Both the position numbers and the translations under genes were made by a program. The notes below the pieces were generated by a model that worked only from the letters and a program-made list of their open reading frames with translations, did no database searches and was not told the origin of the DNA. Shown piece after piece: positions 25,885 to 39,920 of a stretch of DNA of 64,000 bases (its first letter is position 1; each line of letters starts with the position of its first letter). The DNA is taken from contig OZ024757.1 of the NCBI GenBank assembly GCA_964016885.1, forward strand, positions 41,726,001 through 41,790,000. The letters run 5' to 3'. This DNA comes from Eledone cirrhosa. Taxonomy: Eukaryota.

Positions 25885-27008
25885 TATATACACATACACA
25901 TATCTATAACATTTTATATAATAGAATATATACATGCATATATACACACATATATATATATAACATATATAATACCACAGAATATATCATGATCATCATC
26001 ATCATTTAACAGCCATCTTCCACGCTAGCATGGGTAGGACAATATATATATATATATATATAGTTTTATATAATAAGAATGATATATGTGATATATATAT
26101 ATATACACACTCATGTTTGTATGTATAATATATTTAAACAACTGATATGATTGTATTCTTCTACACTTGCAGCACATTTCATATATATATACACACATAT
26201 CGTATATATAATATACATTATATCATATTATATTATATGTATGCAAGGAGAGATTCGAAGATATATTGAAATTTCTATGGAAATACCATGGAATATCATG
26301 GAAATATCATGAAATACCACGATAGATCATATAATACTTTAGAATTCTATAGAATACGAGAAACCTGAGAATCATTTCTGCTGACTCAGTAGTTTAATCT
26401 ATCAACAAATATCATTTTAATGGTTAGTTTCCTATCTAAGTGTTTGAGTGTTAATATAGCCAGTGGATGGTATGGAAAAGGTTTGAAGGAGGGATAGGAG
26501 AGGTAATAGGCAAGGGAAAGAACTCTGTTGGGGGAGCATTTATTTATTTTTTTGTTTTTTTTTGTGTTGTTTTTTCTTCTTGTTTTAAGATATTGTACTT
26601 GTAAGCATGGAATAGCAGACTTAAAACCACCACTACCTCCATCAACACCAGCACCACTACCTCCAGCACCACTACCATCAATTTCAGCACAACTACTACC
26701 ACCACCACCATTATCATCACCACTATCATCATCATCATCATCCCCACCACCACTATCATCACCACCATCACCCCTCTATTGTTCTATTCCATTCTTCCCT
26801 ATCTGGCAAGCTTACCAACAATGTATATTTTATCCACATTCACGTTCAATGTTTTCCAAAATGCCATTAACTGATTCACTGTTATAGAAAGATTTTAACC
26901 TGTAAAGTACTTAAGATTCCATTGAATAAATCCTTACATTTTCATCTTTAAAAGCATTTATATATGGTTTAGTTTAGTATTTCTAGTGTACAAGAAATTT
27001 GTCTTGTA

Positions 27009-27260
27009 ATCATGTGATCTGGAGTTTGGTACTACTGTGTGGTATCTTGATCAAGGATCATGTGATCTGGAGTTTGGTACTACTGTGTGGTATCTTGATC
27101 AAGGATCATGTTATCTGGAGTTTGGTACTACTGTGTAGTATCTTGATCAAGGATCATGTGATCTGGAGTTTGATGTCACTGTTTGGTGTCTCAATCAAGG
27201 CTCATGAGATCTGGTATTTGGTCCCACTGTGTGGTGTTTTGATCTAGGATCAGGACATCT
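27009..27260. repeat. 48-bp tandem repeat, ~5 copies decaying rightward
   Basis: Unit CATGTGATCTGGAGTTTGGTACTACTGTGTGGTATCTTGATCAAGGAT. Confidence 0.92.
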
Positions 27261-27314
27261 GGAGATTAATATGTGGTGATGGGGACAATTATTCGAAACC
27301 CGTAAGTAGAGAAA

Positions 27315-27478
27315 GAAATCAATTCCAGTACTGGACTGGTATTTTTTTATTTTATCGACCTCGAAAGGATGAAAGGCAAAGTTGACTCCAATGGAATTTG
27401 AACTCAAAGCACAGAAATTTGAAATAAATACCACAAAGTATTCTATCTGATATACTAACAACTCTGCCAATTTATTGC
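27315..27478 (-). mobile_element. SINE subfamily B
   Basis: ccagtactggactggta..ttttatcgacctcgaaaggatgaaaggcaaagttgac..ggaatttgaactca. Confidence 0.8.
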
Positions 27479-27531
27479 CTTGTGGAGTGTGAATATATAT
27501 ATATATATATGCATATATATATGTATGTGTG

Positions 27532-27565
<34 letters not shown>

Positions 27566-28169
27566 CATGTGTGCGCGTATGTATGTATGTATATATATAT
27601 ATATATTTATATATATGCAAAACAGTTGACATGTGTGGAAAATTGAAATCTTTTACAAAAAAAAAAAAGCCAAAAGACAAAAAGAAACAGATAAATTCTC
27701 CAGAGATATCGTAAGCCTGAAAATATATTTTTTAGAAAAAAAACAAACACATCAGTTGAATAGATTTTAAGATAATTAATTATAAATATAGTAAGTCTAA
27801 TTAGAATAACTAATTAAAATTACTAATTCATCAAGGAGAAAGAATTAGTTTAACGATGAGAATATTATTTGTGTGATTTCTGTAAGTTCTTGAGGCAAGT
27901 GTGGACATAAACAATACAGTCTGATAAATATATTATTTTAGAATGTGCAGGGGTGAATGGGGTTGGTTTTCGTTTTCTTTGGGAGAGAGGATTGTTTTTT
28001 GTGTTTTTTTATTTTGTTTTGTTTTTACATATAAATTATTTGTTTGTATGTTTTTTTTTACATATAAATAATTTTTTTTTTACCTGATGTTTTAATGTTA
28101 AAATATTTAAATTATTTGATCCTATATCATATAGATATAACAAAATTCACAGATTTCTAACTTAGATAG

Positions 28170-28470
28170 CTGAAAGGTGTGTGGCTTAGTGGCAAGTTGG
28201 ACTTACAATTCTAACGTTGTGTAACATCAAACAAAATATCTTGCTCAAGAACACAATGTATTATCCAGTTCAGTAATTATTATCCAGTCTAAAATGTACC
28301 AGTCTAGTACTGGGGTTGATTCTTCCTTTATATCTCTTCTCTCACTTCCATTCTCTTCTCTCACTTTGCCCACCTTTCTCTGGAAGAAATCTGCTGTATT
28401 CAGGAGATTTCTTCCAAGGAAGATGGGTTGCTCCGATAGATTTTATAAAAAATTCCCAAGAAACACTACA
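28170..28470 (+). mobile_element. SINE fragments (family C head plus subfamily B tail)
   Basis: tgaaaggtgtgtggcttagtgg head; gtaccagtctagtactggggttgattcttcc... tail is the reverse complement of 780-930. Confidence 0.65.
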
Positions 28471-29278
28471 TACCACTACGGTACCACAGCATACCATTAT
28501 AATCATGAGTCTGTGTCAAACACACTAACCACTAGACTACTTACCTTCAGATAGAGAAAGAAATAGTCACCTACAAAGGGAAAATGATTGTGGAGACACA
28601 ATATAAATAATTTTTCTATTTTTACTGCCAAAGTCAATATGTTTTGTCTTAGACTTAATACTATTTCTAAATTATATGACAAAAAATAATGAATATAGTA
28701 AATGAAAACGTAAATAAAACAGATTTGTCAGAAAATGTCTTCAGTGGTTAAATATTCAGCTTTGTTTTAATATAGAAAAAATCCAGTTCTTTTTTTTTTC
28801 TTTCCTGAAAATAGGAATTCTTAACTTGTTTGTTGAGACGTGTTTATGTATTATATATATATATATATATATATATACATTAAATGACAATCATGATGAT
28901 GATGATATATCTGTATGAGTGTATATATATATACATATATATATGTATGTGTGTATACACTGTCTGTCTTTTTCCTTACATGATTTATTATTTATTTATC
29001 AAGTAATTTCTCTCTCTCTCTCTGGCATAAAAGGATGTCAAACCTCTTAGAAATAACTATTAAAATACTATGTGCATCTGTATGTGTGTATATATGTATA
29101 TGTGTAGAAAGAATGAGACATATACATATTTTTATATATATATATATAAATATATATATGTGTGTATATAATATAGGTAATATTTATACATCCTGCTTAC
29201 CCAAAAATGTATTTACATACATATATATATATATATATATCATCATCACATATTTGTGTATATATATATATATTTGTG

Positions 29279-29317
<39 letters not shown>

Positions 29318-29415
29318 ATATATATATATATATATATATACACATTAATTTATTGTGGATAAAACAAGGTAAAGAGAACTTCATAGTAGGAACCTCAAAA
29401 AAGTTAAACACCGGA

Positions 29416-29671
29416 AAAACAGCAACAAAAACAGCAACAAAAACAGCAACAAAAACAGCAACAAAAACAACAAGAAAAACTACAAGAAAAACTACAAGAA
29501 AAACTACAAGAAAAACTACAAGAAAAACTACAAGAAAAACTACAAGAAAAACTACAAGAAAAACTACAAGAAAAACTACAAGAAAAACTACAAGAAAAAC
29601 TACAAGAAAAACTACAAGAAAAACTACAAGAAAAACTACAAGAAAAACTACAAGAAAAACTACAAGAAAAA
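29416..29671. repeat. 12-bp minisatellite (AAAACAGCAACA x4, then AAAACTACAAGA x~16)
   Basis: Read directly; source of the [11 protein letters not shown]. Confidence 0.95.
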
Positions 29672-29794
29672 GCCCAATAAACAGCCCTTCACTTGCTTTG
29701 CTAAACTATGTCGAAATCCTCTTTAAACTTTAATCTCTTCTAAAGAACATATTCTATTGTGTGTACAGATATTTTCTAATACATCCCCCTTGTG

Positions 29795-30980
29795 GAGCGG
29801 TGTTGTGGTAGTTGTGGTGGTGGGGGGTTGGTGGTGGTGTTGTTGGTGGTGGTGGTGGTGTTGTAGTCGGTGTTGGTGGTGGTGGTGTTGTTGTTGTTGT
29901 GGTTGGTGGTGGTAGTGTTCTGTTGGTGGTGGTAGTGTTGGTGTTGTTGTTGTTGGTGGTGGTAGTGTTGGTGTTGTTGTTGTTGTTGGTCGTGGTAGTG
30001 TTCTGGTGGTGGTGGTAGTGTTGGTGTTGTTGTTGTTGGTGGTGGTAGTGTTCTGTTGGTGGTGGTAGTGTTGGTGTTGGTGGTGGTAGTGTTCTGTTGG
30101 TGGTGGTAGTGTTGGTGTTGTTGTTGTTGGTGGTGGTAGTGTTGGTGTTGTTGGTAGTGTTGTTGTTGTTGGTGGTGGTAGTGTTGGTGTTGTTGTTGTT
30201 GGTGGTGGTAGTGTTGGTGTTGTTGTTGTTGGTGGTGGTAGTGTTCTGTTGGTGGTGGTAGTGTTCTGTTGGTGGTGGTAGTGTTGGTGTTGTTGTTGTT
30301 GTTGGTCGTGGTAGTGTTCTGGTGGTGGTGGTAGTGTTGGTGTTGTTGTTGTTGGTGGTGGTAGTGTTGTTGTGGTGGTGGTGGTAGTGTTGGTGTTGGT
30401 GGTGTTGTTGTTGTTGGTGGTGGTGGTAGTGTTGGCGGTGGTGGTAGTGTTGGTGGTAGTGTTGTTGTTGGTGGTAGTGTTGTTGTTGTTGTTATTGGTG
30501 GTGGTAGTGTTGTTGTTGGTGGTGGTAGTGTTGTTGTGGTGGTAGTGTTGTTGTTGGTGGTAGTGTTGTTGCTGTTGGTGGTAGTGTTGTTGTTGTTGTT
30601 ATTGTTGGTGGTAGTGTTGTTGTTGGTGGTGGTAGTATTGTTGTGTTGGTGGTGGTAGTGTTGTTGTTGGTGGTAGTGTTGTTGTTGTTGGTGGTAGTGT
30701 TGGTGTTGTTGTTGTTGTTGGTGGTAGTGTTGGTGTTGTTGGTGGTAGTGTTGGTGTTGTTATTGTTGGTGGTAGTGTTGTTGTTGGTGGTGGTAGTGTT
30801 GTTGTGTTGGTGGTGTTGTTGTGTTGGTGGTGGTGGTAGTGGTAGTGTTGTGGTGGTGGTGGTGGTGGTGGTGTTGTTGTGGTGGTGGTAGTGTTGTTGT
30901 TGGTGGTGGTAGTGTTGTTGTGTTGGTGGTGGTGATGTTGTTGCTATTGTTGCTGTTATTGCCTTTGTTGTTGTTGTTAT
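29795..30980. repeat. (GTT/GGT/GTA)n array with GGTGGTAGTGTT motif
   Basis: Read directly from the sequence. Confidence 0.92.
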
Positions 30981-31362
30981 TATTTTTACATTTAATAAAG
31001 TAATGTCTAATTTTTTTTTGTGTTTCATTTTGTCTTATTTTGGGTATTTTTTTTCCATTGTCTGCAGAGATGGGGGGGGGCAGTTTGAGGGGTAGGGGTA
31101 AATTGTAGGGGTTGGGGAGAAACCAAAAAAGAAAGTGTCGAAATTTCTTTTTACCGTTTTAAAAGAGAATTGTGTTCCTGTAATGGCAGATGGAATATCT
31201 GAGACGGTTGCTGTGATTTGGCTTTGTTCTGTCAACTAAACTTCCTTCAAAACATATATATATATATATATACACTCTATATATATATATATATATCTTT
31301 ATATACACTCTATATATATATATATACAATATATATATATATATAGAGAGAGAGTAATACAA

Positions 31363-31393
<31 letters not shown>

Positions 31394-31624
31394 CTTTATA
31401 TATACACTATATATATATAGAGAGAGAGAAAGGTAGATAGAGAGAGATACAATGTGTGTATATACATATGTATATGAAACGTGTGTATATATATATATAT
31501 ATATAATGTGTCTATAAATATATATATATATATATACATGTATATGTGTATATAGATATGCATATGTGTATATATAAGTATATAGATATACATATACATA
31601 TGTATATATATGTATGTGTGTGTT

Positions 31625-31661
<37 letters not shown>

Positions 31662-31974
31662 GTCTGATGGAAAATGACAATGAATTTAATAATTTCGGGA
31701 TTATTATATATTTTTATATATATTTATATATTTATATTTTTTTCATTATTTTGTCCTTCATTTTGTTTTTTTGATCATTCTATTATTGTAGTTGTTTTAT
31801 TGTCTGTTGTTATCTCTTATCTCTTTTATTATCTATTATGTTATCTATTCTGTCAAAGTCTCTTTAAATGTATTTAGATAACAAGTTTACAATTGTATTT
31901 TAATGGCAACATCCAAGAGATTCCACAGAAATTGTTTTGGGAAATGGTAAAAAATTTCTTTCAGCTCTTATTGT

Positions 31975-31986
31975 TTTATATATATA

Positions 31987-32055
<69 letters not shown>

Positions 32056-32114
32056 ATATGTACATATATATATTATATGATTATGTGTGTGTGAGTATGT
32101 GTGTATATATACGG

Positions 32115-32146
<32 letters not shown>

Positions 32147-32153
32147 GTATTTG

Positions 32154-32184
<31 letters not shown>

Positions 32185-32422
32185 ATATATATGGATATGT
32201 GTATATATATGGATATATATATATATGTATATATATATGTGTATATATATATGGATATATATATATGTGTATATATATGGATATATATATATATGTATAT
32301 ATATATATGTATATATATATATGGATATATATATATATGTATATATATATGTGTATATATATATGGATATATATATATGTGTATATATATGGATATATAT
32401 ATATATGTATATATATATATGG

Positions 32423-32454
<32 letters not shown>

Positions 32455-32580
32455 GTGTATATATGTGTATATATATATGGATATATAAATATATATATGT
32501 ATATATATATATATATGTGTATATATATGGATATATATATATGGATATATAAATATATATATATATTGTACATATACATA
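31975..32580. repeat. (TA)n-derived array with GGATAT/GTGTAT variants
   Basis: Read directly from the sequence. Confidence 0.9.
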
Positions 32581-32723
32581 TATAAATCATCATCATTTTA
32601 CGTCCGCTCTTCCCTGATCGCAAGGGTGGGACAATGTAATGTATATATATATATATATATATATATAAATATATGTGTGTATATATGCATATATATGTGT
32701 ATACATGTGTGTGTATACATGTG

Positions 32724-32757
<34 letters not shown>

Positions 32758-33021
32758 TTGCGACATTTTATATAATCGATCCAAAAGCTTTTTTTTTTGT
32801 GTTTAAATTTCTGAATGTTTTGTATTTTTCAACGATATTTCTTATTTCTTCTGTTGAAGATGGAGGAAGAAAGAACGACAGGGGGGGGTAGAGGGGAGGG
32901 GTTAGTTAGAGGGGGAGGAGACAGTAGGAGTAGATGGAGAAACCTGTCATTTGGAGGTCCACAATAATGTGTGAGTGTGTATCCCTATATGTACTTGTGT
33001 GTATGTACGTGTAGGTGTGTG

Positions 33022-33054
<33 letters not shown>

Positions 33055-33231
33055 GTGTCTGTATGTGTGTGTCATCATCATCATCATCATCATTTTACGC
33101 CCGCTTTTCCCTGCTTGCAAAGGTGTGTGTGTGTGTATATATTTATTTATATATGTGTATGTGTATATATATATATATGTGTGTGTGTGTCTATGTATAT
33201 ATATATGTGTGTGTCTATGTATATATATATA

Positions 33232-33266
<35 letters not shown>

Positions 33267-33469
33267 GTACGTGTGTGTATGTTTATATGTTTAAGTGTGT
33301 ATATATATTGAAAATAAACCATCAGATAGTTGAGTAGATTTTGAAATTCTTCAAACCTGTTGAAGTCCCAAACGTGAAAAATAACTGTAACTTAAGTCAA
33401 TTACTATAAATAATAGCTTAGAAAATTGGGTGAAATACCCGTAGAGACAGACAAAGAATCAGACACCAT

Positions 33470-33895
33470 ATCTTCTTCTCCCACTTATTCCTGAGAGGGT
33501 CATGGGTGGGGGCAGAGTCTTCAAACACTCCTTCCAGCAGGTCCTGTCAGAAGCAACCAACTCCAACTAATCCAGCTGGATCCCTCAAGTGAGACCAGCC
33601 AAGCCATGGATGTTATCCAACCATCTTGCTCGGGGTCCACCATTGGTTGGGTCTGTTGCCAGTTGATTTTGCCCGTAAAATCTGTCTTGCGATTCTTTCC
33701 TGAGATGTTCGGGGAAGTAGCAGCTCTACCTGGAGCTACAAATATGTCCAGCGATTCTTTTGCCCATAGTATTGGAGCTGTGATCTCTCAATTCAGAGAA
33801 GTATCAGTTCTACCTGGAGTGACTCTCTCATCTCCAAGCTATGCACTCTATTGAGTAACGTTACTCCAAAAACCCTTCAGAGGAATCCCATTTTG
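33470..33895 (-). mobile_element. RTE family B 3' fragment with internal rearrangement
   Basis: Reverse complement of 16405-16785; the segment gaagtagcagctctacctggag is duplicated. Confidence 0.85.
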
Positions 33896-34959
33896 ACTGC
33901 TTGTATCTGTGATTGTATTCTTGTATTAAGGATCTGGGGAGTGAGATCATATGTAGGTTTGCTGAGTAAATTTGATTTGGTTCGTGGAATTCCCTACATT
34001 ATTTCCTTATTCTTTTTTGTTGAGTATATTCCACATACGGACAGTGAACTGTTCTTGGTTTGGTCTCAATGGGCTACAGCTTGTGTGTGGTTGTGTATAT
34101 AGAGAGAGATAGACATATCTAGATACATACATATATATATATGCGTGTGCATGTGTATATATATCTATGTACATATATGTCAATATATATACAATATATG
34201 TATGTCGGTGAGTGTGTATATATATATATATATGTGTGTGTGGTTGTGATGATATATTTTTATTTCCAAATTTATTTTTCTTACATTTTGTAGACATTTT
34301 AAAGGTCAAACCATCAAAACCACAGCAACAACAACCACAGTAACAACAACAACAACAACCAAAACAACAACAACAACCAAAACAACACAGCAACAACAAC
34401 CACCACCACAGTGACAAAAATGATTTGTAAATAAATAGATATTATAAAACACCAACAACAACCACCACCACAGCAACAGGAACAACAGTAACAACAACAA
34501 CCACAACAAAAGCAACAACATCAACACAAACCACAAAAAACTATTTGTAAATAAATATTATATCTATCTAACTATCTAAATAACTAAATATTATAAAAAT
34601 AATTTCGTAATGTTTAGAAATTCCTTCTATTTCCTGAAAGATGGTAAATGTCATTTCTAAAATATAATATAAACTATCAACTATGACTAGGAGACATTGG
34701 ACGTTTCTATTTATAATTCTTTATTGTGTCCAAGATTTGTCAGTTGAGTTCTATTGAAAATGACAGTCTTGGAGTTCTTTGAGTTCCTGTCCACAACCTT
34801 CCATTTCACTGGATCGTATTTTACTTCTTATTCTTCTCCTTCTTTCTTTATTTCTTCTTCTTTTTCTTCTACTTCTTTTCCTTCTTCTTTTTCTTCTTCT
34901 TCTTCTTTTCGTTCTTCTTCTATGTAAAAGGTAAACAGAAATAAAAACACAATCAGTAC

Positions 34960-35050
34960 AGTATATGGAAGGAATATATTAGTTTAACGCTTGAAATAGC
35001 AAAAAGAGGGTCTTGACCTTAACGTTCCTTCATCAGAAGAAAGAATGAGA
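34960..35050 (-). mobile_element. Penelope-like terminal fragment (same family as 49940-50045 and 50425-50530)
   Basis: Minus strand: TCTCATTCTTTCTTCTGATGAAGG...TATTTCAAGCGTTAAACTAATATATT. Confidence 0.5.
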
Positions 35051-35210
35051 AATTAGAAAGATTGAAGGGACTGAATTGGTAAAAATGTCCATTCATGTTG
35101 CCATGTATAGTGAAAAAAGTGTTGACATTAGAAAACGTTCTATACAAATCACGTTATATAAGGAAAATGATTTTAAAAAAGGGGGTTTGAAAAGTGCACC
35201 CAGTGTATAT

Positions 35211-35303
35211 AAAGGATCTTTAAAATATGTATAAAAAATTATGTTAAAAATTGATGTTTAACAATTTTTAACATAATTTTTGTACATGTTATAAAGATCC
35301 TTT
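35211..35303. repeat. Hairpin, ~42-bp arms with 8-nt loop
   Basis: AAAGGATCTTTAAAATATGTATAAAAAATTATGTTAAAAATTG versus its reverse complement, with a few mismatches. Confidence 0.85.
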
Positions 35304-35377
35304 CATCGTCATCATCATCATCATCACCATTTTACATCCATTCTTCCACGCTAGCATGGGTTAGACAGGTTGTCCTT

Positions 35378-35431
<54 letters not shown>

Positions 35432-37367
35432 CTCACAGGTACATATATAAGGTATTTCAAATTCAGAAATATGCATTGTTAGTTTTGTTTCTGTTCAATA
35501 ATTCTGCTTTTATTTATTTATTTATTTTGTTGTCTGAAGAAAAAAGCAGAAAATCTCAAAGATAACAAGCCAAACGATATTTATTATTATTATTATTATT
35601 ATTGTTGGTGGTGGTGGTAGTATTTATGAAAAGGAACAAAAAATAAATAAAAAACACTTGTAAACATTAAAAAAGAAACAACATCGAAATATCGTTAAAA
35701 AGAAAGAACTTAAACCACCAAGGGTGAAAATCTATGAATTAAGATTTCAAAAATACTTTTTTGTACATTTCAAGTGAATCTGCAATCATAGAGATATTCC
35801 AGAAAAATCTTTTATGTTGCCTGTGTTGTCGATATGTTTTCTTGATCTTATTGTCGTCCAAAGTTTGTTTGTTTTTATATACGTGTCGGAGTTTTATAGT
35901 TTTTTTAATCTTTTTTTAATGTTTTTTTTTGTTTTATTTTTTTTATGTTTTATTTTTTTTATCTTTTATTTTTTTTTATGTATTTGTATTCTGCTTTCGA
36001 TTTTATTTTTATATATATATTTTTTTTTATGTATTTGTATTCTGCTTTCGATTTTGTTTTTATATATATTTATTTTTTTTATTTTTTCAAATATTTTGGA
36101 AGTCTGAATATAGAATCCTAAAGAAAACAGCAACAAAATAAAAAATAAAAAAAATGAAAAACATTTTTTTAAAAAATGAAGAAATAATTATTAAAAAGAG
36201 ATAATAATGATAATAAATAAAATAAAGATTAACAAATATTTAAAATAAATCTAATGAAAATATACGTAACAATACTTGAACATGGGGAAAGACATCTTAA
36301 GGAAAAGAGAAGGAAAAGAGATATAAAAATATAAATTAAGATTTAAATATTCTTTAACTATATTTTGATGTTGTTATTGTGGTTGTTATTGTTGTTGTTG
36401 TTGTTGTTGTATTGCTCCCCTTCCCGACCCCAATATGTATAAAACAAATTTATCTTTTTGGTTTGGCAACATACCCAGTGGGGAAAACAAGAGAAGAAAC
36501 AGGGACTTGTTTTGTTTCTGTTTCTGTTGTTGTTTTTCTATGGTTTTTGTTGTTTTTTGTAGGGGAGGGGAGTTTGTTTTGTTTGTTTTTCTTTTTTTTT
36601 TAGGGCGGGGTGATTTTGTTGTTTGTTGGGGAGGGTTTGTTGGTGGGGGGGGGTCTTTTGGGGGTGGAGGGGTTGTTTCTTTTCTGTGTTGTTGTTGTTG
36701 TATTTTACACATTCTATTCATGTCTTGAAGATGATAGAAGAAGTCTCGTTTTACTATGTTTGCTATGTTTACTGATAAAAGATTCTTACCAAACTCTAAG
36801 GAGTGGAGGAAAGCGGATGTGGCAAATCTTTGTTGTATGTTTGTTTATGCATGAGTTACATTGAAAAATAACAACTACAATTACAATAATGATAACAATG
36901 ATGATGATGATGATGATAATAACGGTAGCAACAATAACAAAACCTGCTTTATTCTGTTGTAGTTATATTTTCCAGTTAAATATATTTGAGGAGAATTGAG
37001 AGTTAGAGTGTGTGAGAGAGAGTGTGAGAGAGAGAGAGTGAGAGAGTGTGTGAGAGAGGGAGAATGTGTGTGAGAGAGAGAGTGTGAGAGAGTGTATCGG
37101 GCTAGATCGATACAGATTGAACCTTGAGCTGATCAATAGTGAAACACATGTCACTACTCAATAAACATAATGAACACATAACAAATCATCCTTTTTATTA
37201 TTATAACTATAAATAAATAAATATATATATATATTTATATATATATAAATATATATATATATAAATACATATATATATTTATATATATATAAATATATAT
37301 GTATTTATATATATATAAATATATATGTATTTATATATATATAAATATATATATATTTATATATATA

Positions 37368-37409
<42 letters not shown>

Positions 37410-37640
37410 TATATCACGATAAATTAACGGAGCCATAGACTCTCGCTATTCCCTGTCAATAATGTGCTCAAAGGAGAAGGAATCCCAAGCCCTTTATAAT
37501 ACAATATGTTGAAAATATACTATCTCTCACTCTAGTGTGTTATATTTTAAACATATTGTAATATAAAAATATATATATATATATTTATATATATATATAA
37601 ATAAATGAAGATGAGAAGTAGAAATGTATGCAATATATAT

Positions 37641-37969
37641 CTAGTTATATTTAATTTGTTAGGATACAACAAGCAAATATTTTAAAACTGATATAAAGCA
37701 CTCAACAAATTATTGGAGTAAAAATACAATATATTAACTAATGGAAACTATATTTATAAAACCATATTTATTTCATTATACATATTTCAAGGGAGCTTCC
37801 AACCGACATGGTCGCATTCTTTATGGGTATGTCAATATTTTTTTATAAAACTGATCTATATTATATTTTATCTGATGAAAGCGCACCATAATTTGCTTTG
37901 GTGTCCTTGAAATATGTATAATGAAATAAATATGGTTTTATAAATATAGTTTCCATTTGTTAATATATT
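37641..37969. mobile_element. Fold-back Penelope-like element with hammerhead core, flanked by 36-bp direct repeats
   Basis: 65-bp inverted arms at 37728-37792 and 37905-37969 (1 mismatch). Flanking repeat ATGAAGATGAGA(A/T)GTAGAAATGTATGCAATATATAT at 37605 and 37990. Confidence 0.7.
37862..37925 (+). ncRNA. Candidate minimal hammerhead ribozyme
   Basis: CTGATGA (37872) AAGCGCACCA-loop-TGGTGTCCTT GAAA (37909) TATGTA; stem II 9/10 bp including G-U; stems I and III weak. Confidence 0.55.
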
Positions 37970-38320
37970 ATATATATATATATATATATATGAAGATGAG
38001 ATGTAGAAATGTATGCAATATATATATATATCGTGCGTGTATTCTACATATTATAACTTAATCAATACTATATTCGTGTCTATTTTTCATATGTTCATGA
38101 GAAGAGAGAACAGCTTCTCTAAATCTATTTATTCAGTCACGTTTTTAGCTAGTCAGGCCCTCACATTAGTTAAAATATTATGAAAGAAAATTCTAATTAG
38201 AATTAAATGCCTACAATACCAAAAAAATACGAAGAATTATTTGCTCCAAGAGAACACGATAGAATTTCCTATAAATTCAGCAAATTACATCATCATCAAC
38301 AACAAGAAATAAACAATGTA

Positions 38321-38387
<67 letters not shown>

Positions 38388-38528
38388 ATTTATATTTGTG
38401 TATATATATATATATATATATATATAATATGTGTGTGTGTATGTGTATATCTATATATGCATATATATATATATGTGTGTGTGTGTGTGTATATATGTGT
38501 GTGTGTGTATATATGTGTACACACACAC

Positions 38529-38589
<61 letters not shown>

Positions 38590-38647
38590 TATATATATTA
38601 TATAATGTGTATACCCACACACTCACACATAAATATATATATATAAG

Positions 38648-38706
<59 letters not shown>

Positions 38707-39000
38707 TGCAACATTATTTTAGAAAGATAATGTCGGTAGTGGAATAGTCTTTTAAGTTGTTCTGTTAAATTGGTATTTCTAATACTATTTCATGGGAATA
38801 TTTTTACATATAATTTCATACTTTGTGATTGTTTTTGTTTTGTTATTGTTATTGTTTTTTGTTTTGTTTTTGTTTGTTTTTTTGTTGTATTTTTTCTATT
38901 TTATTTTATAGTCTTCTTCGTCTGTCTAGTTCTGGTTTTTAGTCTTCTTAGGATGTTGGTGTAAATTGTGTAAGTGAATTAATTTTGTGTGTGTGTGTGT

Positions 39001-39450
39001 TTAGAACAACCGTGGAGCCTGTCCTTCTCTATGGTTCTGAGACTTGGTTAGGTTGGACCTTGCATTCCTGTCCACAGAGCTGTTTAGCTGGATGGAGTGT
39101 TACACTACCTTATCCTTCTGAGAAAAGCTCAAAATATTCCTTGGTAAACTTATCCCTTGCTTGATCAGATATACAGAACAATCTCGGAAGTAAGAGCGCG
39201 ACTTATTGAATAGATACCAGTTATTACTGGTATCTAAGCTTTCTGGTAGAGGAGGAGATCTTCCACAACAAAAGGTCTGAAGCCATTTCATCTTTGGCAC
39301 GGAAGCAGTGACTAACAAACCTTGTACAACATTCAATAAGTCGCGCTCTTACTTCCGAGATTGTTCTGTATATCTGATCAAGAGGCATTGGAATTGACAT
39401 GGAAGACCTACAAACCTTTGATAGAGAAAATTGAAAGAATGTTGGTGTGA
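39001..39450 (+). pseudogene. Third RTE-family ORF fragment with internal inversion
   Basis: Plus strand RTTVEPVLLYGSETW..LDG.CYT..RKAQNIPW; minus strand LDQIYRTISEVRARLIECCTRFVSHCFRAKDEMASDLLLWK; plus strand GIDMEDLQT.DREN. Confidence 0.8.
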
Positions 39451-39920
39451 AGTTGTGCTTGTTGTCTTGCCTGAGGGTGATAGTTAAGGTGTGTGTGTGA
39501 GAGAGAGAGAGTGTGTGTGTGAGTGTGTGTGTGTGTGTGTGTTTGTGTTATTTAAAGATGTTTCTATAGTTTAATTGTTGTAGTAGCAAGTGGAGAAGAG
39601 ACAAAAGTTGGACACCATGCTTTGTGGTGGTGGTGGTGGTGATGGTTGAAGAGCAGAAGGGGAGAAGGATGTGGTGGTGGTGGTGATGGTGGAAGGAGAG
39701 AAGGATGTGGTGGTGGTGGTGGAGGAAGGAGAGAAGGATGTGGTGGTGGTGGTGGTGGTGGAGGAAGGAGAGAAGGATGTTGTGGTGGTGGTGTAAAACA
39801 TCTCTAAGTTTCTGCTTGTTTCATAAAAAAAATCAATTCTCCATCAATTTCAAGACATATATTGAAATATACTCAATCTATAATCAAATGTTTAATATAC
39901 ACCAGTGGCTTCTATATACA

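Noticed and set aside
29035-29733. Histone H1/protamine-like KTTR-repeat ORF
   Set aside because: A 12-bp minisatellite joined to (TA)n-derived sequence; no codon variation or gene structure.
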